Shown: positions 29,001 through 41,519 of the stretch, piece after piece
Layout of the letters: each line of letters opens with the position of its first letter
How positions within the stretch are numbered: position 1 is the stretch's first letter
Assembly (NCBI GenBank): GCA_965645245.1
Contig: OZ287070.1
Span: forward strand, 2,046,001 to 2,110,000
DNA: 64,000 nucleotides
Reading direction: 5' to 3'
Source of the DNA: Massalongia carnosa
Taxonomy: Eukaryota
Made by a program: the position numbers and the translations under genes
The notes under the pieces: generated by a model
The model's input: the letters and a program-made list of their open reading frames with translations, nothing else
Database searches by the model: none
What the model was told of the DNA's origin: nothing

Positions 29001-29559
29001 GTTTGATATCGAGGCTATTAAAGCGGAGCTGGCCAGCGAGCAGATCGAGGTGAAGCAGCTAGAATCCACATTACCTCCAATGCAGCTTAACCTCATCGGA
29101 ACTGCTGTATCGACCAACACCTCTTTACCGAATTTTCGTCCGTCTCTTCGGGAGACCCAGAGCTACGACGCCAGTACAGCTTTTGGGCCAGACGTTAACG
29201 TACATTCTTCAGAATCATTGCCTGTCGGTCGCCCTCCAAACTCGTTCAATCACCACCTCAGGGAGCATCACGTCTACGGAGAGTCCTATAGTTGCCATAG
29301 TAGCACTCTAAGCTTCAAGTCGTCATTTGACAATCATCGGCGGTCGCCGTCTCCAGCACGTCCCTCTCAATCGCCCAACCGGCTGCTCCAGCAATCATCC
29401 GCAACTACACCTCCATCGTACCCGCCGACGCCAGCTTGGCGCTCGTCACCCACAATGCCAGCCCCAGCCAACAAACCGAGCCTTGAGCACAACGCTTGGC
29501 TCGACGAGGAGGACGAGGACTTTGGGAAGGAGAAGCAAGTTACAATGAGTTTCGCATAA
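26019..29559 (+). CDS. DUF726 (TMCO4/Mil1-like) alpha/beta-hydrolase-fold membrane protein
   Basis: IDIRWTVLCDLFLVLIADSIYDSRSR, Gly-rich hydrophobic stretch, IDNPW, lipase-like RPITLVGFSLGSRVIF, V.GHMAYR; first exon 26019-26093 splices in frame to 26170. Confidence 0.88.
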
Positions 29560-30127
29560 ATGGAAGGGTGTTTGGTTTTTATATGGTCCCGGCATGGTTT
29601 TAGCGTTTGGTTCTTGCGTATTTATTTGTGGGCCTGGCTTGGGTGGCTTGGGGGTTTGAGGGTTTGGGCTAAGGCATCCATCTTATATGCATTCTCTTAT
29701 AAAGGTGGATATTCTTCTCGATTGACGGAAGTTTCACCCATTTTGCAGAATCCTCGATCAGGGATTGCTTGATTTTGATACAGACACTTAGCATGGAAAG
29801 GGATTTACGTCCTACCTAGCTTTGATGCAGTTTATTTTGCTCCAAAACCTTAGGGAGAATTCGATCCCCCGTCATACATAATCCCATATATTAAAGAGCG
29901 ATTTCGCGGGTGTGTAAATGTCTTCTTCCTATATACCGAGCATTCAATCCCAACGCCGCATTCGCGTGCGGGAGCTGCGGCGTACAGGGGTCTGTGGTCG
30001 AGTATGTATCTGCCACCCGAATACATTTCTACACACCTAAGCAATCATAACTTCAAGTAAAAAGTAAATCTCGGAAGAGTGCCTTTCAGGAGGGCTTTTG
30101 GAGCACAGCTTTGAAAGAAGTTGATCA

Positions 30128-32200
30128 ATGGTGTCGCAACAGCAGAGGACTGGGGAAAGGAGGATCGGGTTGCGGCCGCAAGATCATGCTCTCGAACGTC
30201 TGCATCCGAACGCTTCAAAGCTGGCGCAGGAAAAGCCACAACATGAAGAACCACCAGTAGCGACGCCTCGAGAACCTACACCGGACGATACGATCTGCAG
30301 ACCTCCAGATACTCCTAGTGATGAAGCATTCCACTCGCAAGACGAGCAAATATTTCCAGATGGCTCACCACCTCCAACAGCCAGCACTAGCATGCGGTCG
30401 CCCGAACACGGGGAAAATGGGATGAGCGCGTTACCATATCAGAGTAGTTTACTCTCCGCGGAACTTCCCACTACAGCTTCGAATATACGCGCAACAGCCT
30501 TCACCACTTCTGGCAAAACTGCATCATCTTCATCACCTTATCGCCGAAACTCGACAAAGAGAAAGAGCACGATGGATGATGGGGACACTAGTGACGATGT
30601 GTTATGGGGTATAGGTCCTCCGAAGAAGATCAGGACAATTTATAACAAAGGGAAATTGAAAGGATATGGGGCTAGCTCTGTGATAGATAGTAGGAGGGAT
30701 AGGAACAAAGCGGTTGGTAGTTCACCAACAGGCAAAAGAGGGCGTCCGATGTTTAAGAAGGGTATTGCAGAAACAGTACTTGCGCAAGGTAAGATTATTC
30801 TGGCGTTTGTGGGAGTCAGTCATTGACTTCTAGACAGTCGACAAGCAGGAGGCGAAGAGGACGGTGGCTTTCAAGGTCCCAGAGCCATATAGTATCACAT
30901 CACGGGAAACTAGAGCTTTGGAGCGGTCGAAATCATCACACGAAAACCAACCGAGCAATGGACGCAAGGGATTCAAACGTCCGGACCAGGTCCCATCGGC
31001 AATAGGTACATCAATGCCAGAGGAAGCGCCCCAGGTATTCATAGTGCCTCCTGTACTCCCAGATACCAGCCCAAAGCCACGAGCGACAAGATCGAAAAAA
31101 TTCAAAGTTCCAGGCACCATTCTTACAAGAAATGTGCTGCACACCACAGATTTGGAACCTCTGCTAAATTCCGCACCACCCAAGTTCAATCTCCAAGACA
31201 TCCAGCCTCCGCTTCCCAACTCGTCGATCACAGCCTCTTCTCTCCCTTCCAACGACGCCGCTAGTTTCTCGTCCTCATTCAGCTCCGCGCCAGACTCCCC
31301 GGAGATTAATGCCTCGATCCAGGACATAAATTTCGACATCCAACCCGTCCCCTTCGTTCGCGAACTCCACACCACGACCAAATGCCCCGTCTGCAAGGAG
31401 CGCGTTGAGCGCAATTTCCTCGAAGAATTCTGCAGCGGTGAGGCCCTCAACATGCGGGAACAAACACGCTTTTGCAAGGCGCATCGAATCCGATCAGCGG
31501 AGACGGAGTGGGAAGAAAACGGTTATCCTACAATTGATTGGCTACAATTCGATGGACGTATTGCGCGGTTTCATGCAGACTTGGACAACATTTTAAGGGG
31601 GCGGCGGCCGTCGTTTTACCGCAACAAGTTTGAAGAGAGTTTGAAGAGCAACAAGAACCGGACGGTACAAAAGCGTTTTATGGATTCAGGATTAGAGGCC
31701 CCGGAGCTAGGATATTACGGCTCGAGAGGGGCGAAGTTAATGTAGTTACAATTTCCCTCTCTCCCTCGACCATTCAGCCCTCGTTCATAATCACCCCCTT
31801 CCCAATCCCGCTCTCCCTAAACCCCCACCCCCCCCCCCCCCCCCCCGGGGGGGGTTCCTAATCCTCTTTTCCTCTAACTCCCCCTTTCTCCATCTCCCAC
31901 TAACCAGCCTTCCTCCGACTCAATAGGTCCGACAATATCATGACACATTTCACCCCGCGCATCCGCGCCCTCGCCGCCTCCAACAAGCTGCTCCGAGCCG
32001 ACGGCGTCTCGGGCTACGTGCAGGCGGTCCTGGTGCCCGAGCTGGCCGTGCTACTCATTATGGAGGATATGCGCACGGACGAGGAGGGCGCGAGGCAGGT
32101 GCTGGAGCAGAGCACGGAGGTTGGCCGGTTGCTGTGTGAGGAGGAGGATGAGCTCATTATCGAGGCGGGGGAGGGGGGCGAGAGGGCGGACGGGGGATGA
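30128..32200 (+). CDS. RTC4-like domain protein (restriction of telomere capping 4), 3 exons
   Basis: CPVC...FCKAH, GYPTIDW, GYYGSRGAKLM, GYVQAVLVPELAVLLIMEDM at the C-terminus; introns near 30789-30833 and 31742-31927. Confidence 0.8.
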
Positions 32201-32293
32201 GTTGACGGGGAAGGAATGGGAGGAGCGACAATACTCGAGGATTTCTTGATGAATTTTCCGTTCTTTTCGTTTCGTTTCTGGGGCTGTGGCCTA

Positions 32294-32448
32294 GGAAGGG
32301 AGGTGGGTGGAAAGGGAGGTGGGTGGAAAGGGAGGTGGGTGGAAAGGGAGGTGGGTGGAAAGGGAGGTGGGTGGAAAGGGAGGTGGGTGGAAAGGGAGGT
32401 GGGTGGAAAGGGAGGTGGGTGGAAAGGGAGGTGGGTGGAAAGGGGGGG
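32294..32448. repeat. 16-bp G-rich minisatellite (GGAAAGGGAGGTGGGT)
   Basis: Eight perfect copies at 32309-32436 plus partial flanking copies. Confidence 0.95.
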
Positions 32449-33293
32449 AGTCGTCATGTTATCTTGTAAGCGAGCGCCACATGTCCAGGGAATGTTTGAT
32501 TGATTTAGGCCACCGGCGGTGAGGATGAAGAATGTCTATCTATGCATGTATGCATGCATGCATGGCGAATATTTATCCAGTCCAATCCAATCCATTACAC
32601 CATTCATTTACCTAGTTTCTTTCCAACCGTGCTCCCTTGCTATATATTTATGCACGTTTCCTAAACAATCTATCTTTATCCAGTACGTACATACCTTATC
32701 CTCATTGTTTTCCGGCCAGAAGAAAACTCGATCATTCATCCCCCCCTCTCCTTGTCTTGTCTTGTTTTGACTTGCTGTCTGGTATCTAGTGTCTTACTTA
32801 CCTATCTCTTTATTGTCTACCTCTTCGTGAGAGAGAGAGAGAACTAAGTAATATAACTAGACGAAAAAAATAAGAAAAATCCCTAATCAAATAAATCAAA
32901 TCCAGCGAAAAGAAAAGAAGAAAAAGCAACTAGCTAGGTATAGCAAGCAGGCAAGTAAGCAGGCAGAAAAAAAATGAAGGAAGAATTCTCAAGAGATGGG
33001 GAATCCGATCAGATTATTAACTCCAGAAGGCAGGAATAGGGTTGTAGGAAAGGGGGGGGAGGGGGAAGGGGGGAAACGAAAAACGCAGAGGGGGGAAATA
33101 GGGGGTTTGATGATAGTACTCTGCATGGATTCCTGACCGAGAACTATCCAGCTCTTTGGCTTAGCTAGCTAGCTACCTAGTCACCAACAATCGTGACAAA
33201 ACCCAACTCCAATCTCACCCACCTCCCATGGATCTGCCCCTTCCACCGCACTCGTAAATCTACTAATCATCATCGTCATGAGCCATACATCTC

Positions 33294-36200
33294 TCATTCC
33301 AAATCAATATCGCTATCCCCCTCTACCCACTCACTCCAATCCCTCCCCTTATCCCCCTTTCCCACTCCTCGCGTAGCCTTCCCCTCCTCCTCCCTTACCA
33401 AGCCTTCCTTTCTAGAAGAAGATCGTTTTCTCGGCCATGGCAGTAGCTCGTCATCGTCGTCGTCGTCGTCGTCATCATTGTCAGTTCCTTCCTGTAGGTT
33501 CGCGTTGGTGGGGGATCCATGTCTGCTACCGCTGCTAGAGAGACGATAGTCGCTAGTGACAGTTTCGAAATATTTTATATCGAGTCTCGGGTGTACGGGC
33601 GCGGCAGCTCCGCCTGGTCTACGGAATCCTTGTTGGCGGCGGCTTGAACGTTTTGCGCGCGCGCTTCGGCTTCGGCGAGGAGAACGGCAGTTTTGAAGGT
33701 GTTGGAGATTTGCCGAGCGTCCCAGCGGAGACGCTTCTTGAGGCCTACGTGATACGAGGAGGCTGCGAACTCGAGGATTCCTTGTTCATCGCAGCGGATC
33801 TTGTTGTGCGGGTTCGATTGGAGGCGTTTGATCTGCAATTTCCAGATACTTCGAGCCAGCTGCTCCGTTAGGGGTGGGTAATAGAGCTTGAGATGGATGC
33901 GGGACTTGAATGCGGGATCGAGTGCTTTAGGGCGGTTGGTCGTGAGGAATACGATGCCAGGGTAGTACTCCAGCGCTCGAAGGAAGACTGTAAGAGGTTA
34001 GAGATTGCTTGCAGGGCATTCGTTGTACGGTATAGAGGAAGGGGGATGGCTCGCTAAATTGTAACAGCATTGCGTTGCAGATCCAATGTGTTCCTTGCGG
34101 TAAAAAGAACATCGGCTTCGTCCAGTAGAACTATGCAATCCCATAGCTGTGCGATACATAACGTCTCTGTGAGCTCATCCTCCACTCGCATGGGCGAAAC
34201 TCCGAGATAACCTAGGAAATATAATTTATTATAAGGTTTCAAGAGTGCAAGCTGCTCGATTTTCACCGCATGTAATTGCAAGCAGAGGTTTGCCATTGGC
34301 TTTAGCGATACATTCTATGAGAAATCAGTATCTTATAGCCATATATCATAAATTCCCTGGGATTACCGACCTACTGTTGCTGTTTTCCCCACCACTGCAG
34401 CCCCATGAAGAAGTACAACCAACCCTTTCCCTAGAGCATAGATCAGTCAGAAATCTCATAAAGAAAATCGATGGAAATAGTGATGTTTGCGTACTCTTGC
34501 CGCGAACAAAGCTAGAGCCATCGGTGTCATTACTACCTATCAATTTCGAAGCAGAGTGGCTTTGAAATAAGGCTTGGATAATCTCCTTGTGACCGCGTAG
34601 GAGCTTCAAACTACGGAGGTTGACTTCAAGGGGCTTGACTGGTTGCAAATCATCGATCCTCACAAGAGCTCGTAGAGGTCAGCAGCAGAGAACCAAGAAC
34701 CAACAATCGTGATAATTACTAACCAAACTTGTAGTCCCTTAAAGAAAATGCAAAGACACGTTCCGGTAGTAAGATTAGGTCCTTTTCCCACAGCTTACCA
34801 GGATGGTTGGGTTTGTTTTCTTTCATGATAGGGCCGTTATTGATGTAGTCATCGATTAACGTTGAATCAATCCGAGCATCTGCATATACTCGTTCGAACA
34901 CTTTATAATGAAACTTCTTTCGCTCTCGATCTTCAAAAAATTCTACGTGATAATCGTGCATCGTTTCTCTAGTGTCCCATGACTCTGGGATATAATTAAA
35001 TATTTGAAGATGCCATTCAGGAAGCGCCAGAAGCGTTTCTCGGAAGTCGACGATTACTTCGCTGTCAATGAATTGTGATGGCGTTGTACGAGAAGCCTCA
35101 GGCTTTTTAAGCTTGAGCTGAGATCCATCGGGTTGGCAGACAAGGGTCCTTCCCTTACAGTACCTGTGTTGGAAAGCCGTAAACCCCAAGAACCTTTCTC
35201 CTCTTTCTCTTAGTCGATCCCGAATGCTGTTGGAATCGGCGGCAAATTTAAGCGGATAAAAATACTCTATTCTTACCTTGTGGTGAGTATATCTCAACCC
35301 CTGGCTGAAAGATATGCCACAAGTCCTCAAACCGAATGTTTTGGCAGGAGTCATCTCTCAACTCGTCCACAGTTGGTTTCAGATCAAGATTAATAAATCC
35401 AACCAAGCAGCGAAGATCTCTCAGAGCTTCCAGGCTATCCATTATTTCTTCTGGTTTTGGCTCGCACGTGTTTTTAGTGCTACTGTTATCTTCAATCCCC
35501 TCTTCATGCGACGACTCGAATCTTTCTTCGAAGGGCTCCTGCCGATCGATATCGCCCATGTTTTCTCTAATTTTGTAAGTGTCTCGCGAATTTTGCTCTC
35601 ACGATAGACCAAAATTTTGAATAGTCGGATCAATACAAAAGATTCTAACGGGATGTTAGAATCGCTGATGTGGGCAAGTATAGTTGCTAGTGATCACGAA
35701 TTTTTGCGAATCCGGTCGGGCATCCGTGGTCGAGTTTCTGGAGCGGAGGATGAGGAAAGTTTTGGATCTTCAGAGGTTTCTGGCGGTTGGTCTTCAGAAT
35801 CAATGGATGGTAAATGGACTTGATAGTAGTATTTTGGTGGTCCATCCAGAATTTCTATTACATAATTCTCCTTTTCACCAACTTGTTTCCTTTTGAAATC
35901 GATCCATTTTACTCGGCGCAATTTTGGGATGTTCGTACATCATTTTTGATCGAATTCCGTCTCCCTTGCAACCTCAGGGCTTGAGTTTCGCCTTCGAACA
36001 GTTCTCTCAAGCAGAGAAACACGTTGTTCCATCTGCTAAATGTATCCCCTTTCCCAGAAAGAAATCTTTTTCAGCCATTTACGCACCAGCTTGCTGGGGG
36101 GTAGTGAAGTTGTCACCGTGACGGGCGGCACCCGGCGTGTGAGCTGGATAGAGCCGGACGCTAGCAGGGAGGTGAAAACTCTTCATCTCTTTCACCTCTT

Positions 36201-36860
36201 CATCTCTTTCACCTCTTCACCTCTTTCTTTCTCCTCATCAACACTCATCATAGATCGTGTTTCGCTGTTTCTCCCACCCACCCTCTCCTACACAGTCTGT
36301 CGCTTAGATAGATGGAGTATGTCTTGACCCCAGGGTTCGCATCTACAGCGTCCATGGACCTCGTAGCCTACCCGATTCGGCTCCGTACCCTGCGTGGACG
36401 GCGCACGAACGGTGTCATGCCACACCCTAGGGTCAGGACTTTGCATAAACATTAGAATAGCAATATACACAAGGTGGCTGCGTTTCACTAGCCACAGGTT
36501 TATGCCGAGATGGAAATTCTAATTCTAGGCCTTCGTCAATATTCTCCAATGCCAAAGTCGAACATCGGATGTAGGGTTCGCACCATCTTCCAATGTGGGT
36601 TTGCTTGAGTCAGGGCTTCTTACGGTCTGTATGTTTGTCTTCACTGGCTGAGATGGATCGGCCAGGGATATCACTTGGGCGGGGGCAGCTGATTGGGACT
36701 TCGAGGTAGGGGTGTTGGCAGACGAGGAAGATGTACCGTCCTGAGATAATGGGTGTGAATGTTCAAGAGCATCTTACTTTAAGGAGGCATTTGTTGGCAA
36801 TCGAGGATCCACAGATTTTGTCTCTTCTCGTGAAGGGTGGGAGTTTCCAGTGAAACTTCA
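33294..36860 (-). pseudogene. Fungal AAA+ ATPase (DUF7025-type N-terminal region plus AAA core) pseudogene; 5' boundary approximate
   Basis: IRFEDLWHIFQPG, LPERVFAFSLR, FVRGK.KGLVVLLHGAAVVGKTATVECIA (Walker A), CIVLLDEADV (Walker B), VFLRALEYYPGIVFLTTNR, LDPAFKSRIH. Lesions: in-frame TGA at 35694-35696, frameshifts near 35555 and 33600, internal deletion near 35260. Confidence 0.88.
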
Positions 36861-37262
36861 ATGGGCAGTCAACAGCTAATAAATTCATTGCCTGACCAAG
36901 AACCCACCTTTCGGTATTATTGTTGAAACTGATCTTAGGAGTGGTATATGAAAAAGGTTGGACAAAGTGAAATTCTGGGTGGAAAGACCTGCTTCAAATA
37001 GGAAACTGAAAAGGTTGCGACTTGCAGCCTTAGGTGGTGTACTCACAACGAACTAATTAGGTTATATGATTGTACAGTCACATCGCCTTTAACTCAGAAA
37101 ACCGGATCATTTGGATGGGTTGATAGTTACTAATACATGCATGCAACCGACAAGCAAGATCTATCCCTTCAAAGCAAATAGTCACGCCAGCGATGTCAAG
37201 GAGGAGAGACATGCTCTGTACAGATATTCGTGGTTAACCCCACAATACAAACTGCACAACCG

Positions 37263-37633
37263 ACCAGCTCAATGACGTTATGGGCTCAACGTCGTTTTAC
37301 ATAATTGTGCAGCAACGATCGTATCAAATGTGATCATAATTTTTATCTGAAGTCTAACGATAATGACAATGACAATATAAAAATAATCTCGAAAAATCTT
37401 CAAGATGTAACATAGATATTCTGTAAAAACGAAAAAACTCAATTATTTTTGAATAAAATTGATAATAAATCATTATAACTTTTAAAAAAATCTACTCGGA
37501 TCATATTTGATAAAAAGAGACAACTGTACGATCATAACTTTATGTATTTAACATTTACTATTGAGAAGTTGAATTTTAATAAATTGCAAAAATGCGTAAA
37601 ACGACGTTGAGCCCATAATGTCATTGAGCTGGT
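37263..37633. mobile_element. Non-autonomous DNA transposon (MITE), ~370 bp, ~49-bp TIRs
   Basis: Left ACCAGCTCAATGACGTTATGGGCTCAACGTCGTTTTAC... matches the reverse complement of right ...GTAAAACGACGTTGAGCCCATAATGTCATTGAGCTGGT; very AT-rich non-coding interior. Confidence 0.88.
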
Positions 37634-37993
37634 AAGCACTAAGGGATGTCCTTCCATTCCGAAAGTGAGTAGCACGATTATTCTATATTCTATCTTCTTT
37701 ATGTAAATACTTGCCCTTCCTAGGGGCGTCAACTCATGTGATTTCATTATCATTAACCTATTAACTCCAAATGAAAGGGAAACAATTCACCTAAACAAAG
37801 CGCACCAAAGTATAACCCCGAAAATGCCCATTTCCCACACTTTCCCCCTGCCCACCAAAAACTTATAATCCTATATCAATTGATTAAATTTTCTTGCTTG
37901 GTCACCCTTCATTACCCCAAACTCACCTCTTTTTTATCAGCATATCCACTCTGCCCACCCGGCCACCCACCATTTCCTCTCTTTACCTATACC

Positions 37994-38503
37994 TTAAGCC
38001 TGCGCTCTCCAAAGTGTCCCAAATCTCCACAGCCCAAATGCAGCCACAACGCTTAACCCCACCGGTAACGGTTTCCCCGACCTGATCGCCCTCGGCACGC
38101 TGGATCCGGCTAGCACAACGCTCGCTAGTAGCGCAAGCTCAAGGCCGTACGGCTGCCGCTTTTGGATTCGCAGGCCGCCGAGACCATACTGATTTAGGTA
38201 GGACAGTGAGCCAAGTAGATTGAAATTTTAGGGGAGGTGGGGGAAAAGGGATAAACATTGGGAAAGAACCGGGGGGGGGAGGTGCGTTGTGTGGAGTAGA
38301 GCGAGGGAAGAAGAAGTAAGTGTACCAGGGCCCCAACTGTCAGTCCGGCGGCTATGGAGGGAATAGAGCCGGTGCGGATGAAGCCTGTGATGCCTCCGCC
38401 GGCGGTGAGTAGGGCGAGAAGGAAGGCTGATGTTGATGGGTTATCCTGGTGTGATATGAGCGGACATTCCAGCGTTGAGGAGGGTTTGAATAGGGTTTAC
38501 CAT
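37994..38503 (-). CDS. TMEM14-family small membrane protein (3 coding exons; not visible in the ORF track)
   Basis: Spliced product MDNPSTSAFLLALLTAGGGITGFIRTGSIPSIAAGLTVGALYGLGGLRIQKRQPYGLELALLASVVLAGSSVPRAIRSGKPLPVGLS...; the first coding exon is only ATG. Confidence 0.88.
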
Positions 38504-38816
38504 GGTAGATATGGCGACGTCGTGCTATAATGTTTCGTGTACTTTACCGATAGAGGATGTTAGATGGTAAGATGTAGACTAATTGCTCACGGACTAGTTA
38601 GAGCCGGGACCACCCTTCCGGCTCCCGTCCCGCGCCTCCGTAGTTAAAACGCTAATACCCTACTCTGCACTCAGTACAGGATACTTCGTACAGGTGCTTG
38701 AAAAGTGACGTTTTCACTTCCCAATCCGAGCTCACAAAGAAAGCTCCTCCATCGTCATCAGCAAAACCCCCAATATTTAAGATCCCGCCCAGTTCTATCA
38801 TCATCCACAAAAGATA

Positions 38817-39718
38817 ATGCCACCAAAACGCCACCTTTCCTCTCAGTCCACCTCCTCCCGCTCGCAACCCCCTCCCAACAACAACACTATCAGCACCACC
38901 TCCTCCTCCACCGTCGTGAAACCATCGTCTTCATCATCTATCCATGCAAAGAACACCTCCAAGTCCGCCTCCTCCCCACTAGAGATCCTAACGAATGTTT
39001 GGCATACATATAATGCAAGGACGCCCCAGCGTGTAAAGCTGATTGATGCGTTCATGGGGTTTTTGGTGTTAGTGGGGGGATTGCAATTCATTTATTGCGT
39101 TTTAGTGGGGAATTATGTGAGTTTTTCATAATCTAAGGGGGCTTTTATAGGGGGGGCCGGGGGGTTAAGGAAGATGGAAGGTAAATGTATTGTTGTGGCC
39201 GGGGGGATTAGAGCTTCACTGTCTGGCCTAAGATGTTGTTCGGAAGAACTGCCTTTTTGCTTGCATCTTTCATGATCTCTAGGTTGGTTCTGCTATTCCG
39301 AAGCTAATTCCTCCGCCTGCTCTAGCCATTCAACGCCTTTCTCTCCGGCTTCAGCGCTACTGTCGGCCAATTTGTTCTTACAGCAAGTCTTCGCATCCAG
39401 ACCAATCCCGAGAACAAGGAGGAGTTTAAGAGCGTTAGCCATGAACGGTAAGCACTTTCTCTCTATTGTATCTGAATATCCTATTATTGTGAAGAAAGAA
39501 ATGGGGTTTGGGAGCAGAACAAATGAGAAGGCTAGGAAAAGCGGAGGACAATACACCAAGGGCTGAAATGAGGAGGGAACATTCTGATAACTACCACCTT
39601 GAATGCGTCATGAAAGTTTAGTTCTCGCTAACGTGGCATCCAAACGTCTAGGGCATTTGCGGATTTCGTCCTTGGGAGCTTGATACTGCATTTCTTCTGT
39701 GTAAATTTCATTAACTAA
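38817..39718 (+). CDS. OST2: Oligosaccharyltransferase subunit Ost2/DAD1
   Basis: [15 protein letters not shown]...[36 protein letters not shown]...[23 protein letters not shown]. Confidence 0.95.
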
Positions 39719-40719
39719 ACCGCTCCATTTACTGTTCTATAGTTCCCTGCCTGCCTGTATTATATCAGACAAGCCTCTACAGTTAAGGAAATTACTATGG
39801 GGTAGATACTATTTCAGAAAAAGAATGTCAGTGAACTTGTTGGAACTAGTTGTCTTCAAAGCCCAAGTTTCTCACTTCTTCTCTAATAGTTCAGGGACAT
39901 CCCGGAAACCAATTGGGACCGGTGATGTATCAAGACCAAAATTCGACATACACAACTTTATTGCGCTCTCAAATGGTACAGTCATAACACGAGAAGGAAG
40001 CAGCTACGGTCCCAGTCCGCGCCTCTAGGCACAAACGCCGTCAATCATTCGTGCGTAAATAGTTTGTCTGATCGGTCATGACGACTTAACTTTCCGCTCT
40101 GGCTGCACGACGTGGATTGGAAATTCTGCATGCGGCGGTTGAGGCTTGGGATAGCTGACAAGCCATTATTCTTTGTAGAGCTTACAAATTTGCAGGCGAT
40201 GCCTGGGAGTCCGCCTACGCGAGTGGGGTTGCCTTGGATAGTAGCGGGCTGCCAATGGCAGAGAAGGCGTTCAGAAGGGAGAGGAGTGCGGAAAGAGGAA
40301 TCGCATAACGGCAATTGGACAAACTACTACATGGCCAATGTGGCTCCTGATTTTATTATATTATAACTCATGTTGGCCCCAGGCTAATCATGCTCAGCAT
40401 CTGGGAAAGATACCTTCATTTCTATATAGTCAACGCTGGCTATGGTCATGGAGCGACCATATCTCATGTCTCATCCGTCATACTCTGCACGATTTGCCAA
40501 AATGCTGTACAAGGTTGAACTCCAGGTATGATTCTCCTCACCATGTAAAGGTAGAGCCTTCGAGGTGGTAACGTTGCTTTAAGTACAGACATATAGGTAT
40601 ATAGCTACTTCCTCCGTATGTGTATCCGATTCCCACCCTATATATCTCTTAGAAGTGGAAGATTTGTTGAATATAAAGGAATACACAGAACGCCAAACAC
40701 AGGAGGGTTCTTTCCCCCC

Positions 40720-41519
40720 TCAAACCGCTGATCGAATACTTTCCTTCTTCTTCATGACAAATCCAAAATATCTCAACAAATTACCACTATCATGTGGTCC
40801 TTCAAACGTAAAATCCCAGACTTCTGGCCTTATCAAGAATTCCCTCATGAAGCCTGGCTGTTGGAACGTGATGCAGATGAAAACGCCGTTGGGTTTGAGG
40901 ACCCGAGCGACATCATCGAAATATTCTCTAGCATTCTTTCTCGCCTGCTCCGGCAGGTTCCACCGACCCCCCCAGATCATGCTGTCTAGGGTTCCTTTGT
41001 CAATTGCGGCCTCGAACTCTTCATTCTGGATACCGTCCATGTGTCGGACATCCATAATTTTCCACTCGATGCTCGGCTCTGCTTTGCATAGAGACGCCAT
41101 CTGCTCAATCACAACCGCTGAGAAATCGACGCAAGTTTGATTCTTATAACCCAATCGAATGAGATCCATGGGGAGAGTCTACAACATTAGTAGCAAGTAG
41201 CGGTGTCAGCCAGTCATCGTCATGAGAGATGGGTTGTAAAGTCAAAATACTTAAGATTTGATGTCAAAATTCTAGAAGCTCAAGAAAATAAGGTGAAGCA
41301 GAATGAACTCCAACGATATCGCAAAATTTACTTACTTACACTATTTCCACACCCCAGATGTAGAATTTTGGGGTTTGCCTCGTTCTCCGTCGCTGATGGT
41401 AGGTAGTTTAAAAACAGAGGCTCGAGATGATAAGATTCGTAAGACGGCTTTGTCTCGGTGGTGTAATGTACGTCCCAAAATTCGGGAGTTGCGAATTCTT
41501 GCATCTTCGCGACTGCCAT
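40720..41519 (-). CDS. Class I SAM-dependent methyltransferase (EEF1AKMT4/ECE2-N-like)
   Basis: EFWDVHY, ILHLGCGNS (motif I), CVDFS, MDVRHM, AIDKGTLDSM, ARVLKPNGVFICIT; one intron. Confidence 0.85.

Noticed and set aside
32294..32448. CRISPR-like or telomeric array; repetitive ORFs 32014-32457 and 32216-32503
   Set aside because: Head-to-tail repeats with no spacers, eukaryotic context, not TTAGGG; the ORFs are by-products of the repeat
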